Shown piece by piece: positions 1 to 10,901 of a stretch of DNA of 64,000 bases; positions within the stretch are counted from its first letter, which is position 1, and every line of letters starts with the position of its first letter. Origin of the DNA: an uncultured virus (IMG/VR IMGVR_UViG_3300033233_000011) (Duplodnaviria > Heunggongvirae > Uroviricota > Caudoviricetes); the IMG/VR virus record IMGVR_UViG_3300033233_000011. One strand, written 5' to 3'. The notes under the pieces were generated by a model. That model did not search any database. It was given only the letters and a program-made list of their open reading frames with translations, and was not told the DNA's origin. The translations under genes were made by a program, and so were the position numbers.

Positions 1-369
1 TCGACCGCGACCTTGTACGCCGCTTGTCGTCCGGGCGGCAACGTGCAGCCGCGCAGCGCGAACGCCGCAGCCAGCTCCCATGCCTGCGCTTTTTGTTCGC
101 TCGTCGAGTGAGTGTTCCACTTCTTCAGCATTTCTACCTGACCTCCCGTGCATTGCGGCGAATGATCTGCGCTCGACGGCGCAGCGATGGCAGTACCTTG
201 CAGAGCAGATGCACGCGCACCGGATCGACCGCGACCTTGTACGCCGCTTGTCGTCCGGGCGGCAACGTGCAGCCGCGCAGCGCGAACGCCGCAGCCAGCT
301 CCCATGCCTGCGCTTTTTGTTCGCTCGTCGAGTGAGTGTTCCACTTCTTCAACATTGCTACCTGACCTC
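1..369. repeat. Tandem direct repeat, period 224 bp (1-145 matches 225-369; left copy truncated by the window edge)
   Basis: Copies are identical except ttcagcatttctacc vs ttcaacattgctacc; each copy contains the start of the same small minus-strand ORF. Confidence 0.95.
134..355 (-). CDS. Hypothetical 73-aa protein; a duplicate copy starts at ~131 and runs off the window
   Basis: GAGGTCAGGTAG RBS-like sequence upstream of ATG; same orientation as the gene block. Confidence 0.55.
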   Translation of the reverse strand: MLKKWNTHSTSEQKAQAWELAAAFALRGCTLPPGRQAAYKVAVDPVRVHLLCKVLPSLRRRAQIIRRNAREVR

Positions 370-911
370 TAGGTGACGCCGCGCTCCGGCGGATCCCTAT
401 CCTCGACAGGATCGAGGTTGCCGACCGCGAATCCTTCCGGCCGCGTCGCAGCGGCAGCGAACAGCGCGTCTACGCCACGCTCTGCCAAGCACGCATCGAC
501 GAGCGCGCTCTCGACTGCGCGCCAGTCGCCACCTTCCACGGGCACCCGCAGTGCCGAGCACGCGCGCACGATGGCCTCGCGGTGTTGGTCCCGTTCACGC
601 TCTGCCTTCGCTAAGTCGGCGGTCAGGCTCACACGCTCCGTCGAGCGCTCGTACTCGGCGAGAGCGGCTACGAGCTTGGCGTGATCGTCTGCCTTGCGAG
701 CGGCAGCGTCAGCAACGCCGACGAAGTGCGGAAGCCGGCGGTCCTCCAGCACGGCCATCGCCTCGATGCAGTCGAGGCCACCTCGCCCAGCCAACGTCGC
801 GAGGTTCTGCGCGTGGTTCACTTGGGCCTGGCGTTCGTGCGGCTCGATCATCGCCCATGGCAGCGAGGGACCGCCCATGATCGGGAAACGTCGGTCGTCA
901 GGATTCTTCAC
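369..911 (-). CDS. Hypothetical phage protein
   Basis: GTG start overlaps the upstream stop (GTGA); coiled-coil-like C-terminal half. Confidence 0.6.
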   Translation of the reverse strand: MKNPDDRRFPIMGGPSLPWAMIEPHERQAQVNHAQNLATLAGRGGLDCIEAMAVLEDRRLPHFVGVADAAARKADDHAKLVAALAEYERSTERVSLTADLAKAERERDQHREAIVRACSALRVPVEGGDWRAVESALVDACLAERGVDALFAAAATRPEGFAVGNLDPVEDRDPPERGVT

Positions 912-1156
912 GATCCGCACCGTAGCCGAGCGCGTAAATGTTCGGCCGCCGCTATCGTTCCGAGCGGCGCGCTGATACGGAACCACTCGTCTGCCAGCGC
1001 CTCGGCTCCCCGCAGCACCGCTTCGAGAACGGCGATGCGGGCCTTGAGTCGAGCCTCCTCCGCGAGCGCGTTGTTGGCGATCTGCTCTAGCTCAGCGCCC
1101 GCGTCGAGCATGTCGAGCACGCGCCGGTCGAACACGGGTTGGGGTTCACGCTTCAT
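908..1156 (-). CDS. Hypothetical coiled-coil protein
   Basis: GGAGG upstream of ATG; overlapping start/stop coupling. Confidence 0.55.
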   Translation of the reverse strand: MKREPQPVFDRRVLDMLDAGAELEQIANNALAEEARLKARIAVLEAVLRGAEALADEWFRISAPLGTIAAAEHLRARLRCGS

Positions 1157-1289
1157 GCTCCACCTCCCACGATCCAGTCGCACGGCTTCAGGCGAGCGTA
1201 CCGCCGCGAGCACCACCAGCCAGCAGTCCACTCCAGCACCCATCCGAGCCGGCACTTCGGACAGCGTTCGCCTTTCAGTACACGCTTCT

Positions 1290-1826
1290 TCACGCTTGCA
1301 CCGTAGACCCTGCGGCCTGTTTCGGGTGCGCCGGAGCCGACGCCGACCACGGCGCCCACCAGCGCACCTTGCGACCACCTTCGACGGGCGCGGCCCGGCG
1401 CCGGCTCGGTCGGTCGTAGCTCCCGCCCTTCGATTCGTGCTCCGTGTCTTCGATCCAGCCGGCCGCGCGCAGCGACGTGCCCGGTTCGTCGTCGTGGATG
1501 TACGTCCACATGTCCTCGCAACCCATCGCCCGAGCTGCGCGAGCGCACGCCGCGTACAGCATCGAGCAAGCGCCCTTGTGACCGCTCAGACTCGCGTCGC
1601 CTTCGAGCACGGCGACGCGGAGCACTTGGAGACGCGGCTGCGGCAAATCGCGGGATTCGAGCGCCTGTGCGTTGGGGCGCCCGACGACGGCGATCCCGCG
1701 CACGTCGTCGCCGCGCAGCACGGCGATTGCCCACATGCCGCCTGTCACCTTTGGCAGGCGACGATATGTGAGCTTGCACCAGCGTAGCGCCCGCTTGATC
1801 GGGATGGGCAGCAGGCGAAGGCTCAC
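1290..1826 (-). CDS. XF1762-family protein (GNAT/Mom-like putative DNA modification enzyme)
   Basis: Motifs GIAVVGRP, ACSMLYAACARAARAMG, TY...EPGTSLRAAGW and GGSYDRPSR are typical of XF1762 proteins. Confidence 0.75.
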   Translation of the reverse strand: MSLRLLPIPIKRALRWCKLTYRRLPKVTGGMWAIAVLRGDDVRGIAVVGRPNAQALESRDLPQPRLQVLRVAVLEGDASLSGHKGACSMLYAACARAARAMGCEDMWTYIHDDEPGTSLRAAGWIEDTEHESKGGSYDRPSRRRAAPVEGGRKVRWWAPWSASAPAHPKQAAGSTVQA

Positions 1827-2758
1827 AGCCCCATCCCGCGCGTGGCGTTGTAGCGATGCAGCTCGGCGACGCGGATGTAGCGCCGCACCATCGCGTTGTT
1901 GCCGTGCCCGGTGTGCCGCATGATCTCGCTCTCGGTCTTGCCGTTCAGCGCGGCCTGCGTGACGAAGCCGGCGCGAAGCGAATGCGCGCCGTAGCCCTTC
2001 GAGTCGAGCCCGGCCTTGCGCATCATCTTCTTGATCACCTTGTCCACATACTGCGGCCACAGGCCGATGCGCTCGCCCTCGACGATGCGGCCCCAGCGCG
2101 AGATCGGACGGAAGACGTGGCCGCTGTCGATGCCGCTCGCCGCGAGCCACGCCTTCAAGAGCTTCACCGGGCACGTCTCCGGGTGCTCGCCGGTGAGCAC
2201 CATCTTCTCGAAGCCGACGCCCTCCTGGTCGGTCTTGCTCGACGGCAGCAGCACCGTGAAGCCGTGCTCGTGGAACGTCAGGTGCTCGACCTTCAGGTCC
2301 GCGATCTCGTGCCGGCGGTTCGCAGTGGACCAGCCGAAGACGAGCATCGCCCGGTCGCGGTAGCCGATCAGGTCGTCCGGCGGCGAGGCCGCGAGCATCT
2401 TCTTCACGTCATCGAGCAGTAGCGGCTTCATGCCGACCTGGCGCACCTTCAGCGTGCGCCTGACGCCCCTCCACACGCGCTGGACCTCGGGATGAAAGCG
2501 CGGCGAGGCCAGGCCCTTCTGGACGTGCATGTCCGAGATCGACGACAGGAACTGGTTGATGGTGCTCACCGCGAAGCCCTCCTCGGCCATCTGCGCGACG
2601 TGCAGCGCGACAGTCTTCGGGTTTGCCGGGACGACCTTCTCCCCACGCTTCTTGCAGAGCTTCGCGAACTGGATCTTGCGCTCCACGTAGCTGGCCATCG
2701 TGGACTTGGCTTTCGCAGCTTCGGCGTACCGCTTCGCAGCGGCTTCGAGTTTCCCCAT
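1823..2758 (-). CDS. Tyrosine recombinase/integrase (Cre-like)
   Basis: RDRAML...RRHEI, SKTDQ, HSLRAGFVT, RHTGH and catalytic Y in RRYIR. Confidence 0.92.
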   Translation of the reverse strand: MGKLEAAAKRYAEAAKAKSTMASYVERKIQFAKLCKKRGEKVVPANPKTVALHVAQMAEEGFAVSTINQFLSSISDMHVQKGLASPRFHPEVQRVWRGVRRTLKVRQVGMKPLLLDDVKKMLAASPPDDLIGYRDRAMLVFGWSTANRRHEIADLKVEHLTFHEHGFTVLLPSSKTDQEGVGFEKMVLTGEHPETCPVKLLKAWLAASGIDSGHVFRPISRWGRIVEGERIGLWPQYVDKVIKKMMRKAGLDSKGYGAHSLRAGFVTQAALNGKTESEIMRHTGHGNNAMVRRYIRVAELHRYNATRGMGL

Positions 2759-2994
2759 GATTCCTCCGTCCGGTCAGACGGGGCTGGGGTGCCAATATTC
2801 AGGTGGCAACTGTTCTTCAGTGCGGAATGTAAGACGGGATCACGCGGCATTCCGGCCTTCCCCGTGGAGCTTGTGCCACTCACGGTGATGCTTCGCGCAG
2901 AGCCATGTCGCTGTTTGCGCTGCACCTGTGGAAGTCCCGCGCGGGTTTCGTGAGCGAGCAATCTCGGCAGAGCTTCATGGGTAGAAACCTCGGT

Positions 2995-3261
2995 TCATCG
3001 CGCCCCCGCGCTCTTCTCGTCCGGCAGCCACATCGCCATCTTGATCTCCCCGCGCGTCCCCTGCTGGATCTTCCACGCCTGCGTGACCGAGATCCGATCC
3101 TTCTTGCCGTCGAGGAGCTTGTAGAAGTCGGACGGTTCCAGGCCGTGCTTCACGGCGAAGCGGAAGGGCACGACCTCGTTCTCCTTCAGCCACGCGCCGA
3201 GGGCCTCGACGGCGCGGGGGTTGAGGAGCCCCTCCTTCTCGCCGCGTTGCTGCCTCCTCAT
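2995..3261 (-). CDS. Cro/XRE-like helix-turn-helix protein
   Basis: Pattern L..WL....FA.KHGLEPSDFYKLLDG...IS...A.KI...T.GEI....W. Confidence 0.6.
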   Translation of the reverse strand: MRRQQRGEKEGLLNPRAVEALGAWLKENEVVPFRFAVKHGLEPSDFYKLLDGKKDRISVTQAWKIQQGTRGEIKMAMWLPDEKSAGAR

Positions 3262-6200
3262 GCGACCCTCCGCAGGTGTCTCTTCCCCTTCGCCTCGCCG
3301 ATCCGGTAGAGCTTCGCCGCCGACGCCTGCCACTCGGTCTTGGCGACGCAGTACTCCTCGTAGAGCGTATGGTAGCGCGGGTCGGGTGACTCGACCGAGA
3401 GCCAGGCCTTGAGCAGGTACTGGAAGCGCTTCCAGCACACGGTCTCGTCGATCTGGGCGAGGCGCAGGGCTGTCTTCGGACTCACGGGGCCTCCGGCGTG
3501 ATCTTGCTATCGCCCAGGTGCGGGTCGGCCGCGCGGCGGCGAAGCTCAGCGGCAGCGCTCTGGTAGGCGTGCTTGATTGACGAGAGCGGGAAGTCCTGCG
3601 CGTCGCACCACGCGGCCGCGGCGTTCAGCTCGTCGCGGGCGAGACGCTCCGGAGAGAAGAAGGCGGACGCCATCGCTTCGAGGGCGTCGGCGAGCACGAC
3701 GGGTACGTACTCGCGGATCTCATGCCGGCAGCCCTCGTACCCTTCGAGGTCGCGCACGCGGTAGTCTTCGAGCGCGCGGATCTTCTCTGCCTCCTCGGGG
3801 CTCGCCCACGCCGAGCGCAGCTCCGGCGTCTCGCCGGGCAAGAGGCGGATGACGGCGAAGAGCTTGGGGATCACTCGTCCCCCCACGCGCGGTCGCGCGT
3901 CTCTCGTTCGTGGATCTCCGCGCGCACGCCCGCGTCGTGCTCCGGGTGCCTGGCCTCGAAGTGCATCCCCATCGTCTTGACCCCGCCCGGGGCGAACGCC
4001 AGGCACGCGACGCCCTCGGCCAGGCGGTTGAACGCGGCGGCGGACTGGCCCTTCTTCTTGCTCCGGTACATCACCACGTCGCCGTGCTCGGCGACCTCCT
4101 GCGCGCAGGCACGAGCGCGCTCGGCGACGTAGCTCCAGGGCCTGCGGCGCAGCTCCTCGATCCAGAGCGGGACCGCGGCCGAGAGGGCGATCGTGAGCAG
4201 TGACTCGGTCACTTGACGCTCCGCACGTCGAAGCCGTGGTCGAGCACGTCGCGCAGGACGGACGCGGAGCAGAGCAGTTCAACGTCGAGAACCCACTCGA
4301 TCGTCGCGCGCAGCCGATCGCGCTCATCGAGTAGAGCGGCGATCACCTTCGAGTGGGCGTCGTCTGGGTGCGCCGCGGCGGCGCTCCGTAGTTGCTCCTC
4401 TGTGTAACCGGCGAAGTTCACGACAACCCGCCCTTCATCCTCTTCACGATCTCCTCCGCCGCCTGCATGTTCTCCTTCGACGCCTGCCACCCGGGCTGCT
4501 TCATCCACGTGGCCTCCCCGACCCGCGCCCTGTAGCAGAGCACCGCGCCCTCGGGCCCCTCGAAGTTCGCGCCCTCCTTGCCCTTGTGCCAGCGCGGCGT
4601 GACCTGCCCGACGAAGACCTCCGGTACCGGGATCTGCTTCTCGGGCCGGGAGAACTGCCCCGCCGCGGCGTCGACGAGCCATTCTTTCCCGACCACGCAC
4701 ACGAGGTGCCCGGCCCACTTGCCGTTTTCTACCCCGTTCAGGTCGATCCCGACCGCCCAGCCCCCGAGCGCCGCCCACTCGTTCACGTCCTGCTGCGTGG
4801 GTTCCCGCCCCATCTTCTTGACCCGCTCCGCGTAGATGCCGTTCATCGCCGTGGCGGTGACGGAGACCGGCTCGGTCGCGAGCGAGAAGCGCTTCATGAC
4901 CTCGACCGCGACGCGGGTCGCGTTCAGGCAGCGGTCGGCTCGGAAGCGGTCGACGAGGACGCCGGGGGCGTGGTGGGCGAAGAGGGCGAGGGCGTCGGAG
5001 GTGGAGAGGGTCACGGGGCGGGCGCTTTCTTGGCCGGCTCGCGCCGGATCGGGAACTGTTTTTGGATCCGCTCGGGCACGTAGTCTCGCATCGCGTTCAT
5101 CTTCCACGGCCCGTGCTCGCCGTAGGTTGCGGCGACCCATGCTTTCGCAGCAGTGAACTGTGCGGCCTTGTCGTTCCGCGAACAGGTGAAGGTTTTCTGT
5201 CCGTGGTCGAGGAAGTGAGCCTTCGGGTCCGTCGCGACGATCTTTCCGTTTGCGACTCGAAACACACGCCAGCCGGCGACCGCCATCCGATCGGAAGGCT
5301 GGTAGGAGATCGCGACGCCACCGCCGGCCGCGACGAGTTGGTCGTAGGTGTTGATGATCCGGCGCGCGCTCACGGCTCGTACCTCCGGAACAGCGCCCCC
5401 TCGGGCAGGGTCACGTGCGCGGGCAGGGCGCGCGAGGCTCGATGGTGCTCCTGCCGGTCCGGCACGCTGAAGCAGAACGACGGCCGCACGCCGTACCGGC
5501 CCGACCACTCGAAGCGGACCTGGAAGAACTCCCCGCTGTGGAGCAGCACTTCGAGCAGGTCGCCCGCGTGCACGGCCCGGCCGTCGAGGAAGTACCGCGG
5601 CCCGCCCGCGTCTTCGAGCAGCACGAGGCGGCAGGGCCGCCGGGCCGCCAGTTGTGCGGGCGCAGCTTGGTTGGCCATCATGCGTGTCTCTCCACGTAGC
5701 GGTAGACGTAGTCGAGTGCCTCTCGTGCCACGGTCATCCCCTCGATCTTGCCGTCGAGAAACGCGCGAGTCAGCGGGTCGGTGCGGGCGTCGAGGTTCTT
5801 GCGTGCGTGATCCAGGGCACTCGCCATGACGTACATCTTCTTGGAGACCATTCCCAGCGTCCCGAATCGGATGCGGCGCTCGTGCTTGTCCTTGTTCACG
5901 ACCATTTCCCTCTCTGATCGCGCGGCAGTCGCGGGCCGCGCTTCGGCTTGTCGCCGCAGCGGCGGTGCCGCGTCCCGGGCGGTGCGTGGGCCTTCGCGCC
6001 GCACTTGTCGCAGGTCGCGTTGCTGAACCCCGTGAGCCTCGCGTTCTTCATGACCAGTTCACCTCTCCGCCGTGCCACTCGGCGCTCTTCACGACCCGCA
6101 CCACCGCCCCCGCGCTCACGACCCGCCTCGCCTCCGCCCGCGCCTCGCCCAGGCTCGGGTGGTCCGAGAGCAGGGTGTACCGGGGCAGGCCGTCGGGCTT

Positions 6201-8417
6201 CTGCTCGATCTGGATCACGGCGTGCTCGACGGACTTCATGACGAGAACCCAAACTCGCGAAGGACGACTCTTCCCGATGAGAAGACGCATCCGTGATTGC
6301 GCCTGCGACGATCCGCCACCATGAGCCGCCAGAAGTAGGATTCGTCGATGGTGAGTGCTCGCCACTCTCCGTGCTCCCAGCGGAGGCGGAGGCTGTGGTG
6401 TGGGTTCTCAGCCCACACCCTCGCTGCCGTCTCCACCGAGGCGTGCTCCTCGATGAGCTTCTGCGTGGCGAACGACAAATCGTAGAGCATCTGCCGTTCG
6501 TGTGGCGCGTGGTCGAGGTCTCCCTCGGTCACGCACATGGCCATGTTCCGCGCCTCGATCGCGAGAGCGAGCGGATCCCTGGGCGTCACGGCCGCTGCGG
6601 GGTCCTCGGCGCTCACGATTCCTCCGGCCCCTCGGGCTTCGGCGTCTCGGGCTTAACCGCCGGCGCTCGGCCGAGCTGGCTCAGCTCGAACTGCACCTGC
6701 GCCGGCACCGTGCGGTACGCGGCCGCGGCGCGCTTCGTCAGGGCCGCGTGGTCCGCGTCCGAGAGGCGCAGGGCGACGCCCCGGCCCTCGCGCGGGGTCG
6801 GGTGGGACTTCGGCTTCTTCTTGGGCTTCTGCTTGGACTTGTTCACTTGGGATCCTTTCACGGTTTCGGCGGGAACGGCCCGACTTCTTTCCAGAGGCGA
6901 ACGTCCGGCCCCTGCGGCTTCGGGACCGTCGTCTCGGTCTTGCTGCGGTGGCCGCGGAGAGGGTCGAGCCGTAGCAGGCTCTCGCAGAGGAGTTGCATCT
7001 CGTGCGGCGGGACCACGACGAGTTGGCGCTGGTGCGCGCTGGCGTCCGCGGCCTGCTCCCACCAGTACCGTGCGAGCATGTACTCGTGGGTCGTGAGCGT
7101 CTCGGGGAAGCTACTCTCGGGGATCTGGATCGGCGGCGCGTTCGTTGCTTGGGGGAACGGCTCAGGCGGACCGACCGGCGACATGGCCGCGAGCACCCGC
7201 CGCGCCTCGTCGCTCACGGCCTTCGCTGCGGCCGGCGACGCGCGCAGGTCATCCATCGACGAGTTCTTCATGCCTTCCTCCGTTCCAGCATCTTCACGCG
7301 CCGCGCCCACTTCTTCTCGATCGTTCCCGCGCGCTTCGCCCGCGTCACTGCCCGCGCCAGCATCGAGCGCGCGTGCGCGAGCTTGTCCGAGAATGCCGCT
7401 TTCTGGACAGGTGCTGCGGGCTCGACGTTCAGGGCCAGCCCACGCGCCCACTCGACCGACTGCGTGCAGTACATCTGCGGTTCGGTCATGTCCTTGTGCC
7501 GAGCGCCGATCGCGTGAAGGGCCTCGTGGTGCATCGTGCGGGCGACTTGGTCGCGGAAGGAGGCCGGGGCGTACGGCGCCCACGGCGCGCCTTCTTTCTG
7601 CGCCTCCGCAGCGAGTGCCGAGGAGAGGGCTACGCCCCTGGCTTCTGTCTCTGGCGTCGGCAGGCGGAGCGTGCACAGGCCGGGTCGCCCGTGTCGGCCG
7701 AGCCAGCAGTTGCCGCCTACGCCCGCGCCGCGTCGGTTCTTGACGACCAGCGCGCCGCCCGCGCTCGCGCCCGCAGCCTTGAGCGCCGCCTTGTAGAGCG
7801 CGCGCAGGTCGGCGGTGGACCAGCGGGTCTGGTTCTTGATCGAGATCCTCACGAAGGCATCTCCCGGCTCAGCACCATCTTCATGGTCGCCGTCCCGTGC
7901 GGGGTCGCGACGAGCAGCCTCAGCGTGCCACCCGCCGGCAGGGCGAACGCCAGCGAGAGCTTCTCTCGGTAGAAGTGCTCCTCGCTCGGGGCCATCGCCT
8001 TGATCGCCCGGATGAAGTGCTCCGGCTCCTCGCCGGCCTCGACGAAGTCCACGGTCATGAACTGCGCCTCGACGACGAGCACCACCGCGGCGACGGTCTT
8101 GTTCGTCTCGTAGCCGCTCGCGCGCAGGCCCGCGGCGATGCTCGGCGCGGCGGCGGAGAGCAGCGTCTGCTCCTCGGCGGTGAAGAGGTTCGTGGAGTCG
8201 AAGGTCACTTGCGCCTACGAGCGCGGCGGCGCTTCGAGATCGCGAGGGCGTCCTCGCCCAGCGCGAGGCGGGCGTCCTGGATCGTCATGGTGAGCGCGTC
8301 GCGAACCGATGCCAGTACCGAGGGCAGGACGTGCTCGTGGAGCTGGCCCTCGTAGGTCGTTAGCGCGTAGAGCGCGAGGTCGAGGTGCGTGACGGCGATC
8401 AGCGGCAAGCGGCTCAC
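3258..8417 (-). other. Run of small, translationally coupled hypothetical phage genes (e.g. 3258-3485, 3871-4212, 4418-5014, 5011-5373, 5370-5681, 6236-6616, 7849-8208, 8205-8417)
   Basis: Successive ORFs joined by 4-bp GTGA/ATGA overlaps, all on the minus strand. Confidence 0.65.
7268..7852 (-). CDS. HExxH-motif putative zinc metalloprotease-like protein
   Basis: TMHHEALHAIGARH motif. Confidence 0.5.
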   Translation of the reverse strand: MRISIKNQTRWSTADLRALYKAALKAAGASAGGALVVKNRRGAGVGGNCWLGRHGRPGLCTLRLPTPETEARGVALSSALAAEAQKEGAPWAPYAPASFRDQVARTMHHEALHAIGARHKDMTEPQMYCTQSVEWARGLALNVEPAAPVQKAAFSDKLAHARSMLARAVTRAKRAGTIEKKWARRVKMLERRKA

Positions 8418-8590
8418 GAGCCCCCCACGATCTCGCCCTCGGCGCAGCCCGCGAAGCAGCTCTGGTACCCGTCCTCGCGCGTGCAGTGGTGCGCGCCCGA
8501 GAGCGCCCCGTCCCGGCGCTCGTAGGTCCAGGTCCGGCCGTCGCCCACGGCGACGAACCGGTCGCCCTTCTTCATCTCGTCGATCCGCAT
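8414..8590 (-). CDS. 58-aa hypothetical protein (not in the ORF track)
   Basis: ATG preceded by AGGAGG and a TTGACA hexamer; translates MRIDEMKKGDRFVAVGDG... Confidence 0.6.
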   Translation of the reverse strand: MRIDEMKKGDRFVAVGDGRTWTYERRDGALSGAHHCTREDGYQSCFAGCAEGEIVGGS

Positions 8591-8634
8591 TAGGTGATTC
8601 CTCCTAGCTACTAGGTGAAACGTCCTAGTGTCAA
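8591..8634 (-). promoter_or_regulatory. Sigma70-like promoter (TTGACA at 8634-8629) with two TAGG-N8-CCTA palindromes (8591-8606, 8612-8627)
   Basis: Perfect -35 hexamer; the palindromes overlap the spacer and the RBS; the -10 element is not clear-cut. Confidence 0.7.
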
Positions 8635-8649
8635 ACTTTATTCACCGAC

Positions 8650-8732
8650 GCGCCCGAAGCGACGACCGGATCCCGCCGGCAGGAAACCGACCAAGGAGAC
8701 CTCCGGAGAGATCCGACCGTCGCTTCGAGCGC
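8650..8732 (-). ncRNA. Long hairpin: candidate sRNA and/or terminator, with loop region antisense to the start-associated sequence
   Basis: gcgc-cgaagcgacg/cgtcgcttcg-gcgc, cggatc/gatccg and ccgg/ccgg stems; A-C mismatches on + become G-U pairs on -. Confidence 0.55.
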
Positions 8733-8877
8733 GCCGGCTACTTCCGCTTCCTCTTCTTCGACTTCAAGACCGTGATCTTCTTCCCCTCGACCAAGTACAC
8801 CGGCCCCGTCGGGACGAACGTTCCGCCCGGCAGGCGCGCCGGTCCGAGGTTCACGGGCACGCCCTTGATCTTGCGGA

Positions 8878-9429
8878 TCACGTGGCCCTCAGCGTGGCGT
8901 AGCGGACGCCGTCGCGCTGCAGCTCGGCGTAGACCGCCTCCTGCCGCAACTTGCCCGCGAGTGTCTCGGCGATCTTGCCGACGTTCTGCTCGAACTTCTG
9001 ATCGTTCTCGGCGCTCAGGCGCAGGATCACGACTTGCACGCTGTCCTCGGGGATGGTCTTGCCCTTCGACTTGCCGCGCGTGTACTTGTACAGGCCGCGC
9101 TGAAGCAGGAACGACGCGCCCGGGTCGCCGCCGATCCGCCGGAGCTGTGCGAGGCGCATCTTCTTCACGATCTTGAGCACGTCGTCGACCGAGTACGTCG
9201 GCACGCCGTCGACCGAGAGCCCCACGAAGATGCGCGCGGACAGGGCCGGGTCCGTGTCGCGAGTGACGGGGTTGCCCTGGCGGGTCGAGTGGCGAAGCGC
9301 GCTCACGTCGCCGATCTCGTAGACCTTGCCGTGCGGCTCGAAGGAGCAGTCCGGGTGGCGAAACGCGCGCAGGTCGACCTTGTAGGTGCCGCGCTTCAGG
9401 GGGTTCGAGAGACGGGTGAAGTCGGTCAT
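8878..9429 (-). CDS. Hypothetical protein with N-terminal RLSNPL tag
   Basis: Begins MTDFTRLSNPL; TACCAT -10-like element just upstream. Confidence 0.7.
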   Translation of the reverse strand: MTDFTRLSNPLKRGTYKVDLRAFRHPDCSFEPHGKVYEIGDVSALRHSTRQGNPVTRDTDPALSARIFVGLSVDGVPTYSVDDVLKIVKKMRLAQLRRIGGDPGASFLLQRGLYKYTRGKSKGKTIPEDSVQVVILRLSAENDQKFEQNVGKIAETLAGKLRQEAVYAELQRDGVRYATLRAT

Positions 9430-10705
9430 GGCGCGCTCGATGGTAGCAGGGGCCGGACGCGAGAGACGAACGACTCGACGATCTTCGCCGCGTTCTCCTC
9501 GTCGAAGTAGTATTGGTTCCACTTGCCGGAGTAGGGGTTCATGCCCTCGATGCCGAGGCTGTTCGCGCGCTCGATGTCGTCGAACCGGCAGAAGACCTGG
9601 CCGCCGTGACTGCCCGTAAATGACGGGCACGGGCTCATGCGCAGCGTGCCGGCCTTCGTCTCGATCGCGTGGCGGTGGTCGCCCTCGTACCAGGACTCGC
9701 ACGGCGTCGCGCCGAGCTGCCGGAACGCTACGAGCACGGCGGCCGTGAACGCAGCCTGGGCGCGCTCCCGCTGGCGAGGGCCGAGCTTTCGGGGACGGGG
9801 CTTCGATGCTGCGCCCGCACGGCTGGCGGGGCTCACGACCACACCAACACGACGCCGCCCAGCTCCCGGACGCGGTCGAAGATGGCGACGATGCGCGCCG
9901 CGATCCAGTCCCGGTCCGCGATGCTCTGCCAGTTGCGGGCGCGGTACTCGACGAGGAGAGTCGCGAGGTCGTTGTCGAACGCCGGCACGACGAAGTCGGC
10001 GCCGAAGTTGCCGACGAGCGACCCGTCCCACTCCCACAGCACCCGGCCGCCCTCGCGGGCGTTCACGTCGCCGAGCCAGGCGACGCCGTGGCGGTCGCGC
10101 AGCTCCGCGATGGCCGCGCGGCTGGCGTCGTTCAGGGCGCTGTCCGCTTCGGGGATGCAGCCGTCGCCCTCGCGGATGGCGCGGGCGACTTCGTTGGCGA
10201 GGTTCTGGGATGCGGTCATGGATTTCTCCTCGCTTCTACGTCGTAAAAACGCGCCCCGCCGTTTCCACCCGACCTCCAGCTCCGATACGTGAACGGCCGG
10301 CGGCAGCACCGGCACGTGGCGTTCTTCCAGCGCCGGCCCGTGACGCGGCCGGTCACGCAGTTGTGGCAACACGGACAGGTGACGGGCAAGGTCATGGCAG
10401 CACCACCCACGTCTCGCAGGCGTGCTCGTACGCCGCCGCGATCAGATCACGTACACGCTCCACCTCTGCCTCGTCGCCGTAGGCTGCGGTCAGCAGTTCG
10501 CCGCCGCGGCCGACTCGGTAGATCTGCGCGATCTCGGAGTGTCTGCCGGTGCGGCCGGGTCGCATCGTGATCGAGAGATCCTCGCCCTCGTGCTCCGTGA
10601 GCCAGTCGGTCGCGCGCTGACAGGCGTCCGCGTGCTCGTCGTCGCTGATGGCGTCCAGCGTGCCCCAGCAATCCGGGTACACCACGTCGACGTACTCGGC
10701 GGCGC

Positions 10706-10885
10706 TCACGACCGCTCCTCCGGCGCCCCGTGCTTCTTCAGAAAGCGCTGCACCCGGGCGCGCTCCTTCTCGCCCATCGCTGCCAGCTCGCGGTCGGGCA
10801 CGGCCCACGCCGAGAGCCAGCGCTGCTCGTAGACGCTCCAGTACGTGAGCGATCCGTCGCGGCGGAACTTGGTCTTGATGCTCAT
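10706..10885 (-). CDS. Small hypothetical protein
   Basis: ATG directly follows AAGGAGACCGACCA. Confidence 0.65.
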   Translation of the reverse strand: MSIKTKFRRDGSLTYWSVYEQRWLSAWAVPDRELAAMGEKERARVQRFLKKHGAPEERS

Positions 10886-10901
10886 TGGTCGGTCTCCTTT
10901 T

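Noticed and set aside
1..369. DGR template/variable repeat pair
   Set aside because: Only two differences, not an adenine-specific pattern, and no reverse transcriptase in the window
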